DNA of 64,000 nt from Eledone cirrhosa. Its lineage: Eukaryota. The notes under the pieces were generated by a model. The model searched no databases. It saw only the letters and a list, made by a program, of their open reading frames with translations, and had not been told where the DNA came from. The stretch spans positions 13,764,001 to 13,828,000 of the forward strand of contig OZ024761.1 in assembly GCA_964016885.1 (NCBI GenBank), written 5' to 3'. Shown piece after piece: positions 25,534 to 39,189 of this stretch (its first letter is position 1; every line of letters starts with the position of its first letter). A program made the position numbers and the translations under genes.

Positions 25534-25838
25534 AGAAGAATGAATACTGCGTGGTTGCACATGGGTTACATATGATAAAAATAGTCCTTCATCAGTGATT
25601 TTCCAACCTTCATTGGTATTTCATCGCTTTAAAAATCATATACCTCCAGTTGGTGCGAGCAATAGCTAAATAAAGCTATATATATATATATATCATGCCT
25701 TTATTTTTAAATTTATCTCATTCCTTGTATTTTGATCATGCTTTATTTTTATTTTTATCTTTCTTTTTTATTTTTTTCATTCGCACCGTTTCCTTTCGCT
25801 ATATGTCTCTCCACCACTCCCCTACACACCCTTTCCAC

Positions 25839-25869
25839 CTGAGGAAGGGCTTATGCCCGAAACGGTGTC
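25839..25869 (+). ncRNA. Hammerhead core (Penelope pLTR type); stem I not evident
   Basis: CTGAGGA-a-gggc ttat gccc-GAAA-cggtg-TC. Confidence 0.45.
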
Positions 25870-26034
25870 CCCCACCAACACCCCACTCTCCAGAGCGTGA
25901 AATTAATAAACATTCGTTGTACTGCCTCTCTGTTTTGTCCCTGTTCAAATTTTTCCATTATATATATATATATATATATATTTAGGAACGAGTAGGACCC
26001 CGACGGCTGAGCTCAAGCCGTTTCGACGGCTAAT

Positions 26035-26097
<63 letters not shown>

Positions 26098-26318
26098 ATA
26101 GGCTGTCGTGTGGCCCTAATATCACTCAGATCTCTGCCACTTCGCCTGAGATACACATTCGTCGAAGGCCAGCTAAACCTTACATAGGTGTGAGCTTTAA
26201 CAAGGACACGATACAATTGGGGTCCCCTAACATTAAAAAACCTGAGGATCCTGTTATGAGATACAAGCTCGGAGGAGTTACATAGATGTAAGTTGTAAAT
26301 TTAAACATTTCAACTTTA

Positions 26319-26375
<57 letters not shown>

Positions 26376-26394
26376 GATATGTTTCTTTATTAGC

Positions 26395-27627
26395 CACAGG
26401 GGCACAAAAGAATGGAACAATTACAAAGGGGAGAGATTACATACAATAAAAACATGTAAAATATTATCACAAATGCAAATTAAAAGTTAATCGATTTTCC
26501 CCAATAGGGGGAGACAGTTCATATGGGTAACACATACCAATGAAAAAAAGTGCAACACTCATCTCCAGGAGTACGAAGAATTTGTACTCCTTTCCTCTCC
26601 TCCTCTTTTTCCTCAACCTACAGGCTGATATAGAGAGAAGGCCCATTCACTCGGGCCATTCTCGCCACTTTCACCCACCTTTCATAAAACTTGCTGGGGT
26701 ACAGCACCTCTCTCTCCATCCTGATTCTTCTTCCAAAGTGGTATTTGAAAAAAAGAATCAGTTGTTGGCCGGAGAGAAAGGTGTCTGACCTCAGCCCTTT
26801 CAACCTCTTTCGCCATAGCTATCACACAAAGGAAAACCGCCTCTCCTTCGTTTTTGAAGGAGGGTGGCGGTTTGATCATGACAATGGACTCGGTGGTCAA
26901 CCGGATTGGTCCCACCCGCGACAATAGTCGTTCTACATAGCCCCACAGGTCGGTAACGCCCGGGCAGTGTATGAATGCGTGCGCGACGGTTTCTTCGTCT
27001 CGCACGCACCTCGGACAGATCTTTTTAGAAGGGTCCCTGCCCGGGCGCCCATGTCTGTAGAGCTTGTCTCGAACTGGTAGAGCTCCTCGGTAGCACTGCC
27101 AGGCCAGGGACTTTTGGAAGTTGTCCATTGGTCCCGGGCGGAAGGTCCTACCGAACAGACTGGCCAGTTCGTCTTCCTCTACGTCTAGAGTTTCACCGAG
27201 CGCGTTGTCGCACTTGCTGCGGATCAACCCTCTATAGAATGACGAAGTGGAGTCTCAACTGATCGCCGGGTCCGTCTGCCAGAGGGCTGTGAGCGCCTGA
27301 GCACATTCGATGTGCCAGTCGCCCATTTTCCTCGGTCTTTGCTTGACCCAGGACTGCAGCTCGGTAAGCGAGACGAGTCGTGGGAAGGCTCGCCTCACGA
27401 ACGGGGCCCACACCGGTTGTCCGGTGAGGAATACGTAGAGATGCCGCAGCCTGAGCGCGTGTTTGCGCATCGTCAGCCACGGCAACCCCAGCCCTCCGTT
27501 GGAAGGGTGTTGGCAGCAGATGGATTTTCTCACCAAAGGAGCCCGCCTCTTCCAAAGGAATTGGAAGAGCGCGCGCTCCATTTGGGTGAGCGTTTTGGCT
27601 GGACAAGGCACGACGGTCAAGCGGTAG
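26395..27627 (-). mobile_element. 5'-truncated L1/Tx1-clade LINE (ORF2 C-terminus with zf-RVT-like CxxC...HxxxxC, plus 3' UTR)
   Basis: GGLGLP..., WQCYRGALPVRDKL...CPRC...ETVAHAFIHC. The 3' end ...tgtggctAATAAAgaaacatatct runs into (AT)n. Confidence 0.85.
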
Positions 27628-27629
27628 TA

Positions 27630-27760
27630 GATAGATAGATAGATATGTTTCTTTATTAGCCACAGGGGCACAAAAGAAGGGGACAAATAAAAAGGGGGAA
27701 GTTTACATACAATAAAAACGTGTAAAATATTATCACAAATGCAATTTAAAAAATTAGTCG
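27630..27760 (-). mobile_element. 3'-end fragment of the same Tx1-like family, in tandem with the copy above
   Basis: Near-identical to 26395-26500 and to 8405-8530; ends in (ATCT)n. Confidence 0.75.
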
Positions 27761-27864
27761 ATAGATAGATAGAGTGTCCCAAAAAATGTATACAAACTTC
27801 AACAGTATTCTAAAAATATTGCCTGTACAGGTAATCAGAGTGTGTACACATTTTTGAGGGGGAC

Positions 27865-28150
27865 ATCCGAATTGATAGGCGACAGCTCCGATACTACGGG
27901 CATGTGGTTAGAATGTCTCAGGAAAGAATTGCTGGACAGATTTTACGAGCAAAACCAACTGGCAGAAGACCCAGAGGTAGACGACCCCGAGCAAGATGGT
28001 TGGATAACATACATGAGCTTGGGTGGTCTCGCTTGGGGAGCAAGTCGGATCAGTTGGAGACGGTTACCTCTGACAGGACCCGCTGGAAGGGGTGTTTGAG
28101 GACTCTGCCCTCGACACACAACCCACTCAGGAATAAGTGGGCGAAGATGT
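27865..28150 (+). mobile_element. RTE LINE 3' fragment
   Basis: GHVVRMSQERIAGQILRAKPTGRRPRGR...WLDNI. Confidence 0.8.
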
Positions 28151-28438
28151 ATATATAAACGGAAAAAATGAAACGAAATTTCATTTCATACTCTTAGTAC
28201 GGCTGTTACTTAAATATAAGTATGTACACGTACATACATATATGTATACAGACGTACAGTAGTGTATATATATATATACATACATGCACACACATATATA
28301 TGTACGTATGGATTCACCGAACATTTATTATAATGCTCGGTGTGTTTGTAAACAAACATCCCGTATTAAGCCGTAGTGTCCAGCAACCATAAATGTTCGG
28401 TGAATCCATACGTACATATATATGTGTGTGCATGTATG

Positions 28439-28470
<32 letters not shown>

Positions 28471-28512
28471 CTACTGTACGTCTGTATACACATATGTATG
28501 TACGTGTACATA

Positions 28513-28563
<51 letters not shown>

Positions 28564-28704
28564 ATTATATAAACGCATTTACCCGATAATTAAAAAAAAA
28601 GTTTAAATATTTCTTTTTTTTAAATAAAATATATATCATAGAAGAAGAAAAATATGCCTAATAACAACGAAGGGGAAGGAAATGAAATAAGATAAACAAT
28701 CTAC

Positions 28705-28747
28705 CTGTGACATCGTTAACTTTACCAGTTGTCTTTATTAGAGCCAT
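28705..28747 (-). CDS. C1orf50: C1orf50/DUF2452 homolog, exon 1 (MALIKTTGKVNDVT)
   Basis: ATAATGG start and CAG|GTAGAT donor. Phase 1 matches exon 2, giving a 612-nt CDS (203 aa), close to the vertebrate length. Confidence 0.65.
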
Positions 28748-29165
28748 TATTGGAAGAGACAAACTTAACAGAGTTGTTACAAATTTTGTGAATTGCTGAA
28801 AAGAAACGAAACGAAACGAAACTTTAACCGAAATACGTCCTCAATTGCATGGTGACGCCGTATTTAGTCTAGTGGGGCTTTTTAACTGTTAAACCGTGTA
28901 TAAGTATTTCATTTCATACATACATATATATAGAGAGAGATATACCTATATATATATATATATATATATGCACATACATTTACGCATGTATATATATATA
29001 TACACACACACGTATATACATATATAGACATACATACATATATATATGCACATACATTTACGCATGTATATACATATATAGATATACACACATGTATATA
29101 TATATAGACATACATACATATATATATACACATATATATATATACATATATATATACATACATAC

Positions 29166-29196
<31 letters not shown>

Positions 29197-29471
29197 CACA
29201 TACATATATATATACATACACATATATATATATACATAAAACGATCGACAAGGTCTGAGACCGGATTCGCTTTCCGAGTGGTGGCGTGGAACTCATCAAA
29301 TCGGACCAAGGAAACAATGTTACATTACTGATACTATCAACCGGTCACAACTAGTGGCAGAAGAAGCAACATGAAATCAAGTGTCTTGCTGAAGGACGTA
29401 ATGCATCGTCCCGTCTGGGAATCAAACTCGCAACCTCAGGCATGCAATACCAATTCTCTAAGCACTAACTA

Positions 29472-29503
<32 letters not shown>

Positions 29504-32025
29504 ATATAATATAATATATGTGTGTACCGAGTTCAGAGTGGAGTACTCAATACATTAGTAGAGTATATACAAAATTTAATATAGAAATGGCTTCTACAAG
29601 ACTAGAACTGTTTCATTTGAAAGAAATCAGGGCTTTCCTGATGATTTCTTTCGAATGAAACAGTTTTAGTCCCGTACAAGCCAATTCTATATTAAATTGT
29701 GTGTGTATATTGTTTATATTGTCATTTGGTTTGCTATACAAACGCAGTAAAGTTATATCTGTATATATACAGAAAAGAATTAACTGAGTCTGCATAAATG
29801 TGTATATAAATTTACACATTTTTAGTATTGACATGTAGACATGGCCAATATATGTATTTCCTTGTAAATTTAAAAAAAAACCTCAAAAGAAGATAAACAC
29901 CTTTAATCGACTTTCAGAAGTGTTTATCATCCAAACCAGCAGTCAACAATCTTTCTGACCACTAAATTCATAATTTTAAATCCCACGAACCACTAATATG
30001 AATTAATGGTCAATGGTAGAAACAATACTGAAGCGTGCACGTGTCATATTGTCGATAGATGTTAAACGATGATGATGATGACATGATCTATCTTCCATGC
30101 TAGCATGGGTTAGATGGGAGTTATCCCAATTTGAGGCAAGATTGGTTGGGTGACCGTGTCTCTCTCATATAGGACTATTTGGCAGGTTTTCTACAGCTGG
30201 ATGCCTTTTACAGTGTGGACTAGGAACTTTTTACTGTTACCTACACAACCACATTACAGCGTGGACTGCATCTCATTAATTTGGACTGGATGTTGTGGTA
30301 CCAACTTTACAGAGAAAGGGTGGTGTTGGTGGGAGTGGGAAGACAGTAGGGTGTATATTTGGTTAAGGTGCCTAATGACTGTACGTTTTGCTTTGTACAT
30401 AGGCAAGGCAGGTCTTCTGTATTACTACAATGATTACTATGTGTAAAATTCTTTCATGAGAAGAAACATCTTTGGGGGTGTTTTAAACATTTTAACCAAA
30501 TATTTTTGTTTTATCGTTAATATAAACCACAAAACATTGAGGGGGGGGGGGGGTATATATATATATATCCTATCATCATAAAATATGTTAATACTCATGT
30601 TGGTAGTTAAGCTATATATATATATTTCATATAGAAATGGCTTCTACAGGACTAGAACCGTTTCATTCAGGAGAAATCATCAGGAAGCCGATGTAAAATG
30701 GTGGTGTTTATACCTTTTCTGGTGGTAGGTCATTGGTTGATGGGTTTAAAGAAAAGGGAATTCTCAATTTCTCCCAAATGAAGTTCTAGTCTTGTAGAAG
30801 CCTTTAAATATTTATACTCTGCTTTGTATTGAGTACCCTACTGTGGTTATCGCCAATTGATCCCGGGATAAACATATATTATTGGGTCCCTGAACCACTT
30901 CCCTACTTATTGCAATGGGGACAAACTTGGCCGTCTGCAAGGAATGAGCCTGTGAGTTGGAATAGAAGAACCGCACAATTGCAAATCCAAACCTTTAACC
31001 CATAAGCCACATATATAGAAGCAATGCACTTTCTTATATTTTTGAGGCCACCTTATCAGTATGAGCAGCCAGTTACGGCCAACTTAAACAGAAGGAAATT
31101 CTAGCTGGTTTAACCTTTTAGCATTTAAACAGGCCAGAACTCTCACCTATTTCTGTTCAAACCAGCCACCCATACTAAAGGTAGTTTTCAAAATAAATAA
31201 CATCAATGTTGAAATACCTGCAACATTCAGCTAGTCAAAATTTTCATCATGTCTTACTAAGTAGTACCGAGGGGAATCTGATTGGAGTTCCTGCATAAAT
31301 TTGGTACTTATACAAGTAAGTAAACCCCTTTGAAAATGTGGGTGTTCTAAGCATTAAAAATTTTTTTTTTAAAAGAACCAAAATTATTACATGCGTATAT
31401 TATATATATATCTGTTCCATCTCCAAAAATCAACTATACTTTTCATTTCTTCCACAAGTGCAGTTAAAAATACCCAGCTGTAGATAGACCCCCAACCAGG
31501 TTTAACTCTTTAGAATTTAAACTGGCCAAACTCTCACCTTTTTCTATTCAACGACATCAACGTAATGTACTCAAAATCTCAGATTCGATATGCAAGACAA
31601 AAAAGTCTTTTTTGTGAAAATGCAATAATAAATATAGAGGAATGTGAATGCTAAAGGCTAGCCCTAGACAAACCACCAAGTCTTCCAGGGAATTTGTCTC
31701 AGTTCAGGGTTGATAAAACAATGTACCGTACCAGAGCATCTGATGAAATACCCTGGTGGTTACCAATACTTTCTCAGGATTCACATTCCACCATATTTCT
31801 TATGAAGGACACCGCCAATGTTTCAATTATTTTAATAATCAAGTATATGGAAAGCTCTAATATAACTTTCTCTTTGAAAATAATTTAAAAGATTCTTGCA
31901 TTGCACTCGGCGCTAACACTAAGATAGTTGGCATCAAAATATAGATCCATGAGTAAGACATGGTCACATGACCCGACAACCAATCTAAATATGGAATGGC
32001 ATATCAAAAGATTCTTGCGATAAAT

Positions 32026-32197
32026 TAACCCTTTAGCATTGAAACCAGCTGTATTTGGCCAGAATTCACCCCACCCCCTATACTGATTGGTATTGTTCTC
32101 AAAATAAATATTAAAATCTCAGATTCAATGTGAGATAAAGCCTTTGCCATAAAAATACAATAGTAAATATAGAGTAATATAAATACTAATGGGTTAA
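32026..32197. mobile_element. piggyBac-like MITE (TTAA target, CCCTTTAG TIR); copies near 14631, 16146, 20967, 22181, 31110, 31500, 33720 and 36467
   Basis: ttaa-ccctttagcatt...aatactaatggg-ttaa; the copy at 36467-36631 has both TTAA ends. Confidence 0.7.
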
Positions 32198-32351
32198 AAT
32201 TTCACCCTTTTGATACCAAACCAGCCTAGATCTTATGATCTACAAACCATTTCAGCTTCATCACAATCACCCCATGTAGAACAGAGATAGAGAGGAAAAA
32301 AAAAAAAAAAAAAAAAAAAAGGAGAAAAACTTTAAGAGTAAAATGCAAAAC

Positions 32352-32357
32352 TTTATT
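32352..32357 (-). terminator. Ran polyadenylation signal
   Basis: AATAAA on the minus strand about 600 nt after the stop, followed by U-rich downstream sequence. Confidence 0.55.
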
Positions 32358-32956
32358 GAAGACCTTTGTACAAAAGGAAGGGAAAAAATATTTACGTTAC
32401 CATGCCTGCATCCACACCAGCATACAGTAACAATTTACAAGAGATACTTTAATACTTTTTTTTTCGGCCCATTAACTAACCAAAGAATAGGAGGAAAAAA
32501 AAAAAGAAAAAAAAAAAAAAGAAAACCATGAACTCAACATTCGAATGTGATGATTTGATGGTGTGAAAGTGGCTTTATCATTATTAAAAGTTACCCCCCA
32601 ACTTTCTCATTTTTGGTTTCTGCATTCTCCCACCTCTTCCCATACAAGGAAAAAAAATTTTTGAAAGAAGTTCACTGTGTTTATTAATCTTCTTTTTTTT
32701 TAGGGGGAATGGGGAGGGGTTGGTTCCTCCCCCAATCAATGAAGCAATCAGGCCTAAGTCCATCTCAGCTTTAAAAAATAAATGAAAAGGGGGAGCGCAG
32801 CTTTGCAGGCCAAACAGATAGTTAGAAGAGGGCATCACTGTATATTTTGTTTTAAAACAGACTTTCCCCTTCTTTAGGAGGTTAACAATGCACTGAGATT
32901 ATATTTAGTTATTTTTTTTTTTTAATTAAGTATTTATTAGCAGGATCTCATTATCT

Positions 32957-33001
32957 TCAAAGATCTTCATCCTCGTCGGGAAGAGCAATCTCTTGAGCTA
33001 C
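32957..33001 (-). CDS. RAN: Ran GTPase, last coding exon (acidic tail)
   Basis: VAQEIALPDEDEDL*; TTTGCAG acceptor. Confidence 0.95.
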   Translation of the reverse strand, partial: VAQEIALPDEDEDL

Positions 33002-33872
33002 CTGCAAACAGAGAACACAACATTTAGAAAATTATATTAAGTAAATAAATAAAAGCAAAAAGAAAAATTAAATTAGTTAGCCAAACTATGTAAGAATGTA
33101 AAGTGGGTGTGAAATGATGACAACACCAGGTCCATCCCATTACAGCTGGATGTCCCCCAAGGAGACAAACCCTATTATTGTTGTAGCAGTTCTAAACTGG
33201 ATATATATACACTCAACAATAAGTTTTGGCACAAGGCCAGCAATTACTGGTACTTTATTTTATCGACCCCCGTAAGGACGAAGGGCAAAGTTAACCTCGA
33301 CAGGATTTTAACTCAGATCATGAAGGGACGTAACTATGCTAGAAAGCATGGCGTCCGACCCTCTACCGATACTGCCAATTTACCTACGTCAAACACTCAA
33401 GAATACAATGATGGTATATCACTTGAATACTCGAGTTGGAAAAGGGTCTTAATGTTTTTGACTAGACCACCACTGACCAGAAAACCTCACCCTCTCTCTC
33501 ATATATATAACTCAGACTGTAAAGAGCCGTAACTCAATGCTGCATCAATATTATATGTGAGAAAGCCCTTACCAAGAAAATACAATGGTAAATAGGAAGT
33601 AATGTAAATGCTTAAGGGTTAACATATGAGGCCTGATCTCCCGCCAATGGCATCTTTTTCATCTTCAACCTATTTAACAGCAATTCCACTCACGAGCGCA
33701 CCATTGTTTTTATTAATCCATGTTCAAACTAGCCACTCAAACTGATGTTAAAGTATTGTCCTCCAAATAAACACTGTGTGAGGTAAAGCCTTTACCATGA
33801 AAATATAATAGTATATATAGAGTAATGTAAACATTAAAGGGTTAAATACATAAAACCAAAAGTGAAAATTAC

Positions 33873-34043
33873 CTCCAGTTCCTTCTCATATTGTTGTGCA
33901 AGTGTTTGACTCATCTCAACCTCTGGTGGTTGAAGAGCAGGCATTTCAACAAATTCAAGGTTAGCATCTCCAATAAGTTTCCTGGCCAACCAAAGAAATG
34001 GCTTCTCAAAATTGTAGTTACTCTTTGCACTGATGTCATAGTA
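33873..34043 (-). CDS. RAN: Ran GTPase coding exon 5
   Basis: [26 protein letters not shown]...EKELE; AG/GT boundaries. Confidence 0.97.
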
Positions 34044-34398
34044 CTGCAATAGAAAGGACAAAAGAGATTAGACACGTAAAGTTTAAGGGAGAAAAACAGG
34101 TTCTGCGTCTCAGAAACTGGAAATTGTTCCCTTAAGAGTTTTAACAACACTTAAAACCTTTTTATGACTATTCTTGTTAAGTTAACCCTTGGAACTAAAA
34201 AGTTCTTTATATAAAACCATAATAGAAGGCTTCTAATGCAAATCTAAATACTTTAAACAGTCATGTATTGTAGAACCTGGGGCAACTTTGTATCAAATTG
34301 TTTAAAACACGAGACTGTATCTAGAAATAAAACAACTACTACCAATGTAGGTTTAACCCTTTTGTTACCATATTTCTAATGAAAGTCACTGCCCTTTA

Positions 34399-34776
<378 letters not shown>

Positions 34777-35338
34777 TTACACACTACATTTAATAATTTT
34801 AAACTCAAATAACACCAAAATCTCGTAGATTTGGTATTATGATAAAACCTTTACCACAAAAAACACAATAGTACATATATATAGAGTAATGTAAATGTTA
34901 AACATTCTTGCAATAATATAGATTGCCAGAAGACAAGACAAACTCACTAAGACTTGTGAGATGGAATTCTCATTCCCCAATGCTCCATTGGAGAAATGAA
35001 GATTTCATAATGCCTTGAGCATATTCAGAAAGAAACACTTTGCCAGCAATGTAAACTGAAAATACTGACTATAAAAGGAAAAAAGCCAATTGCCAGATAG
35101 GACCAAGGGAGCTGGTCTTTCCACAGCTGCTGGCAGCTCAGGTACTGCTAAACATCAATAACTGCCAATTGATTTGAGAAGATAAAAAGCGAAGCTGACA
35201 CAGGCGAGCTTTGAACTCAGTGCAGAGAAGCAGGAACAAATCCCAAGGCAATTATTAACCTAATGCTTCCTCCTCCAACAACTTTGGCAGTCAGCTGGTG
35301 GAAGTAGCAAATAAATAAATAAAACCCATACAATTTAC

Positions 35339-35464
35339 CTTGAATATAATAACCATCCCGGAGTCCACCAAATTTTTCTTGTCCCGCCGTGTCCCAAACA
35401 TTGAATCTGACTGGACCTCTCGCTGTGTAAAACACCAGCGGATGTACCTCTACTCCCAATGTTG
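35339..35464 (-). CDS. RAN: Ran GTPase coding exon 3
   Basis: [10 protein letters not shown]...[19 protein letters not shown]. Confidence 0.97.
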
Positions 35465-36808
35465 CTGGGAAAAAAAAAAAAATGAAATTTTGGTTACAAG
35501 TTTAACAAAGATAGTGAAACTAAAACCACTCGTTTTAAAGTATTTCTGCCCAACTCTTAACATCCCGTTATGATTTAGCAGAAGATATATAGAAATGGGT
35601 CATTTAATTCAAACATTTATAGTACCTTTTATAGTGGATAGATCATTGTGAATATTTGCAACAGAGTTAAGGACATGAATTTATGTGACACAGGGCATTG
35701 AATTAAATTAAAACCCTCAAACAATTTGTGTCAATGTTCAAACTTTTTCAAACACAGAACCCTTTTTGGTTCAGAAACTTTTGAGGGAACCCCAAAGACT
35801 AACACATATGGTTATAATATAAATATACTCCTCAATTTCTTTTCTCACAGAGCCCTTGCGTTCCACAAAACCCACTACTATACAGCCAGATGTCCTTCAA
35901 CAAGGATATGGTGTACATGTTTTTAAACCTGATATATAGAATAACTACCACTAAGATTAACCAGCCCTGGCCCTAAAACATTGATTTAATGAGAAAACTA
36001 GTTATATTACTAAACAACCTACCAATCCTTGACCATTTTCAATATCAGTGTTTACCTTAACACAACCCTTCCTACAATTTAAGAAATATATCTAGCAGGT
36101 ATGTTCTTCAAACCAATGCATTACTTTACATGAAAGAAAGTGAAGGGTTCGGTCAACACATGAAAAACAAACTTGGAATTTATCTATTGGACCTACAAAA
36201 TAGACGGTACATAGTAAATCTTGTGTGTAAAAAGATGTAACCTTTACACATGTATAAATGCATGACCCCTAGAAACACTGCAAGGGAACTGAATTTAACA
36301 ACCCTAAATTGAAAGAAAAAGAAAAAAAAAAGCCACTCCAGTAATATCCATAGTCTGGCCATTTTATTGTGGCACCAGCATGAAAGACAGTGTCACATCT
36401 GGACAGTCTCTACCCTATAGGGGTGGAAGAGGAGGAGGGAATAAACAAAAATAATGGCTTCTGATTTAACCCTTTAATGTTGAAACTGGCCACTCATACT
36501 GATGTTAAGGTATTGTTCTCAAAATAAATACTTTCAAAATCTCATAGATTCGATATTATGTGAGATAATTATGCAAGGTAAAGCCTTAACATAATAGTAT
36601 ATATAGAGTAATGTGAATACTAAAGGGTTAAGCATAAACCCAACAATTTTAGGTGTGGGGAGTATAAAGTCGATTTTATCGATCCCATAAGGATAAAAGG
36701 CAAAAATAACCCCAGCAGTTTGAACTTAACAAATATATGCCACAAAGAATGCCTGAGGCTCTACCAATACAACCAATATACTGACCGTAAACAGAAATAA
36801 TTAAGTCA

Positions 36809-36943
<135 letters not shown>

Positions 36944-38029
36944 TTATTTCATACAGTATCTGGTAAATACACAGATTAATTATAGCTCTGTGAACATTTT
37001 AAATGTACCCAATACATCTTGCAAGGCAACCAGCAGTGCATTGAACCATAGAAACCATGCCAACTATGACATTGTACAAGACAAAGGTGCCTCAGCTGTA
37101 ACAAAGCCCAATTTATGTCAGCATGGAAGGCAGGTGTAAACGAAGATTTTTAAGTTCCACTCACCAGCCAAATCTACTTACAGCATCAATCAGAGCACAA
37201 AAGTAAACATTTAAGCCAAAGTTAATCATTATCATCACTTAACATCCATTTTCCACACTAGCATGGGTTAGTAGTCCCATTGCGAAATAAGTCGGGACTT
37301 CTGGCTTAGTTCCCACTGCTTGATGCACTTCCTAATGCCAACCATATTTACAGCATTCACTGTGGCAACAAAACAACCAACTGACAGGTAGAAGTGGCTA
37401 CATGTTTAACCAGGGAGAGAAGGGGGAAAGAATCTCCAATCTAGATGCCTGGCCTGAATGCTTGCAATGGAATAATTTGCTGAATTCACCAAAGTTGTTC
37501 AACGATGTGAAGGGTTATGTCCACCACACACAATATACTGTTAATACAATTGTTTATAGTATATTTTAATAGTAAACAGATTGTGAAAATTTCCAATAAA
37601 GTAAAGATTACTTTCAAAAACTGGGGATTGCCTGGCTGCCGTCGAGATCTCAGGCGTACTTGGACCCCATACTGCTGGACTCCTCCGCAAGGTCGGAACG
37701 TCTGAAGAAGGAGCAAGTATCACTGGCCATTGTCTACGGACATACTTTTGGGGTGTTGTCCGCAATGTGGTTACATGCAGCACAGGACATTCCACCAATG
37801 TCCTGCACTACATGAAACAAGTCATTTCACGACTCATCACGTGTCTTTAACGCCGATATTGTGTCATTTTCCAATGTAAACATTTGAATTGACAATCCAG
37901 TTTAGATTATTTTTCTTCCCCCGACCCCCAAAAGTAATTACAGGACGCCGGGAGAAGTGAAGTTAGTTAACTAGGTAGTACATAACAGGACGTATGCAAT
38001 GAACTGACAGTAGTAGATGTCTTATTTAC

Positions 38030-38056
38030 CTTGAATGTTGGCATTTTGTCAGCCAT
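38030..38056 (-). CDS. RAN: Ran GTPase coding exon 1 (MADKMPTFK)
   Basis: ACCATGG context, donor AAG|GTAAAT, acceptor ending at 38070. Total CDS 642 nt (213 aa). Confidence 0.9.
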
Positions 38057-38941
38057 GGTTGATGATTATCTGCGAGAAAAAAAGAAAAAGGAAACGCAAT
38101 TAATAAAACAAACAAAAATATTAAAATATTTATCTTTTAATGGTTTTTGACATTAAACCGCCTTACAGGCCATAAACCTATATATATATATATATACACA
38201 CATACTTCAACAGCATTCTAATAAATATTACCTGTACAGGTAATCAAAGTGTATACATTTTTTTTTGGGGGGGGGGGGGGGGGGCTGTGTGTGTGTATAT
38301 ATTATATATTTAAATGTTCCAATCAGTATAACGAGTTATATTACTAAATCACCCATTTCTAGATTATCTACAAAATTTATTCGTTCAAGTAACAAACTTC
38401 CCAAACAAAACTTCACGGCATGGTGTACAATACACTATGAAACAATAGCTAAATCTCCCTCAATTATACCTCTTCCGTGTTATGGTCAGTATGCGCCGCT
38501 TGCGTTGCGTTAATTTAGCGATTCGACGAGAAAGGATCGATATGATTGACTACAACCACCCCACCCGTATCGGTATCACAGCATGACCGCAGTAACGAAA
38601 ATAATTTATTTCAAACGTAGGAGAAAATACGAATCTACAATTACTCTCATCCAAAACCCCACACAAACATCCCCCCCCCCCCAGTGATGAAGAGAAAAAC
38701 AAAAAAGCCGAGTATTCCGAAAGTTCGCCGAAATACTAAGCACAGATTACTATAATGTGGAGGAAAATAAGGCAAAGAACGTTCGAGAAAGACCATAATT
38801 ATAGAGAAAGAAATGAACAGAGAGTGAGAGACACGTGCGTGTAAGAAGATCAATTAAGCCATAGTAATATTAACAGTGGGATGGCTAACAACAAATATAT
38901 TATTAATTAACTGATATCAAATTAAGACAAATTAATCTTAC

Positions 38942-39040
38942 CAACGAAAAGGTGAAATTTAAAGAGAAAACTACGCCGAAGACGACCACGACGAGTGAAT
39001 AAAATAGATGTTAGCTGAGAAGACGAGGAACAGCTTTATA
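38942..39040 (-). promoter_or_regulatory. Ran TATA box and 5' non-coding exon 1
   Basis: On the minus strand: TATAAAG at 39040-39034, Inr-like TCAGCT about 20 nt downstream, donor TTG|GTAAGA at 38941. Confidence 0.6.
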
Positions 39041-39189
39041 TCACTATGACTATGACAGCCAGTTCTGGTTTATACTAGTATTAACTGGATCGACATAAAG
39101 AGATGTAGGAGGAGGCGGGTGGTGGAGAGAGAGATTAATAGGGAGGAAAGAAGGAAAACAAAGAGGGTGAGGGGAAATATACAGAGGAC

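Noticed and set aside
35090-35300. Intronic snoRNA in Ran
   Set aside because: Reverse complement resembles an old copy of the second SINE family; no convincing C/D or H/ACA boxes.
37620-37850. Nested exon or Tc1 transposase fragment in Ran intron
   Set aside because: GC-richer patch without a recognisable motif or clear splice sites; cannot be supported.
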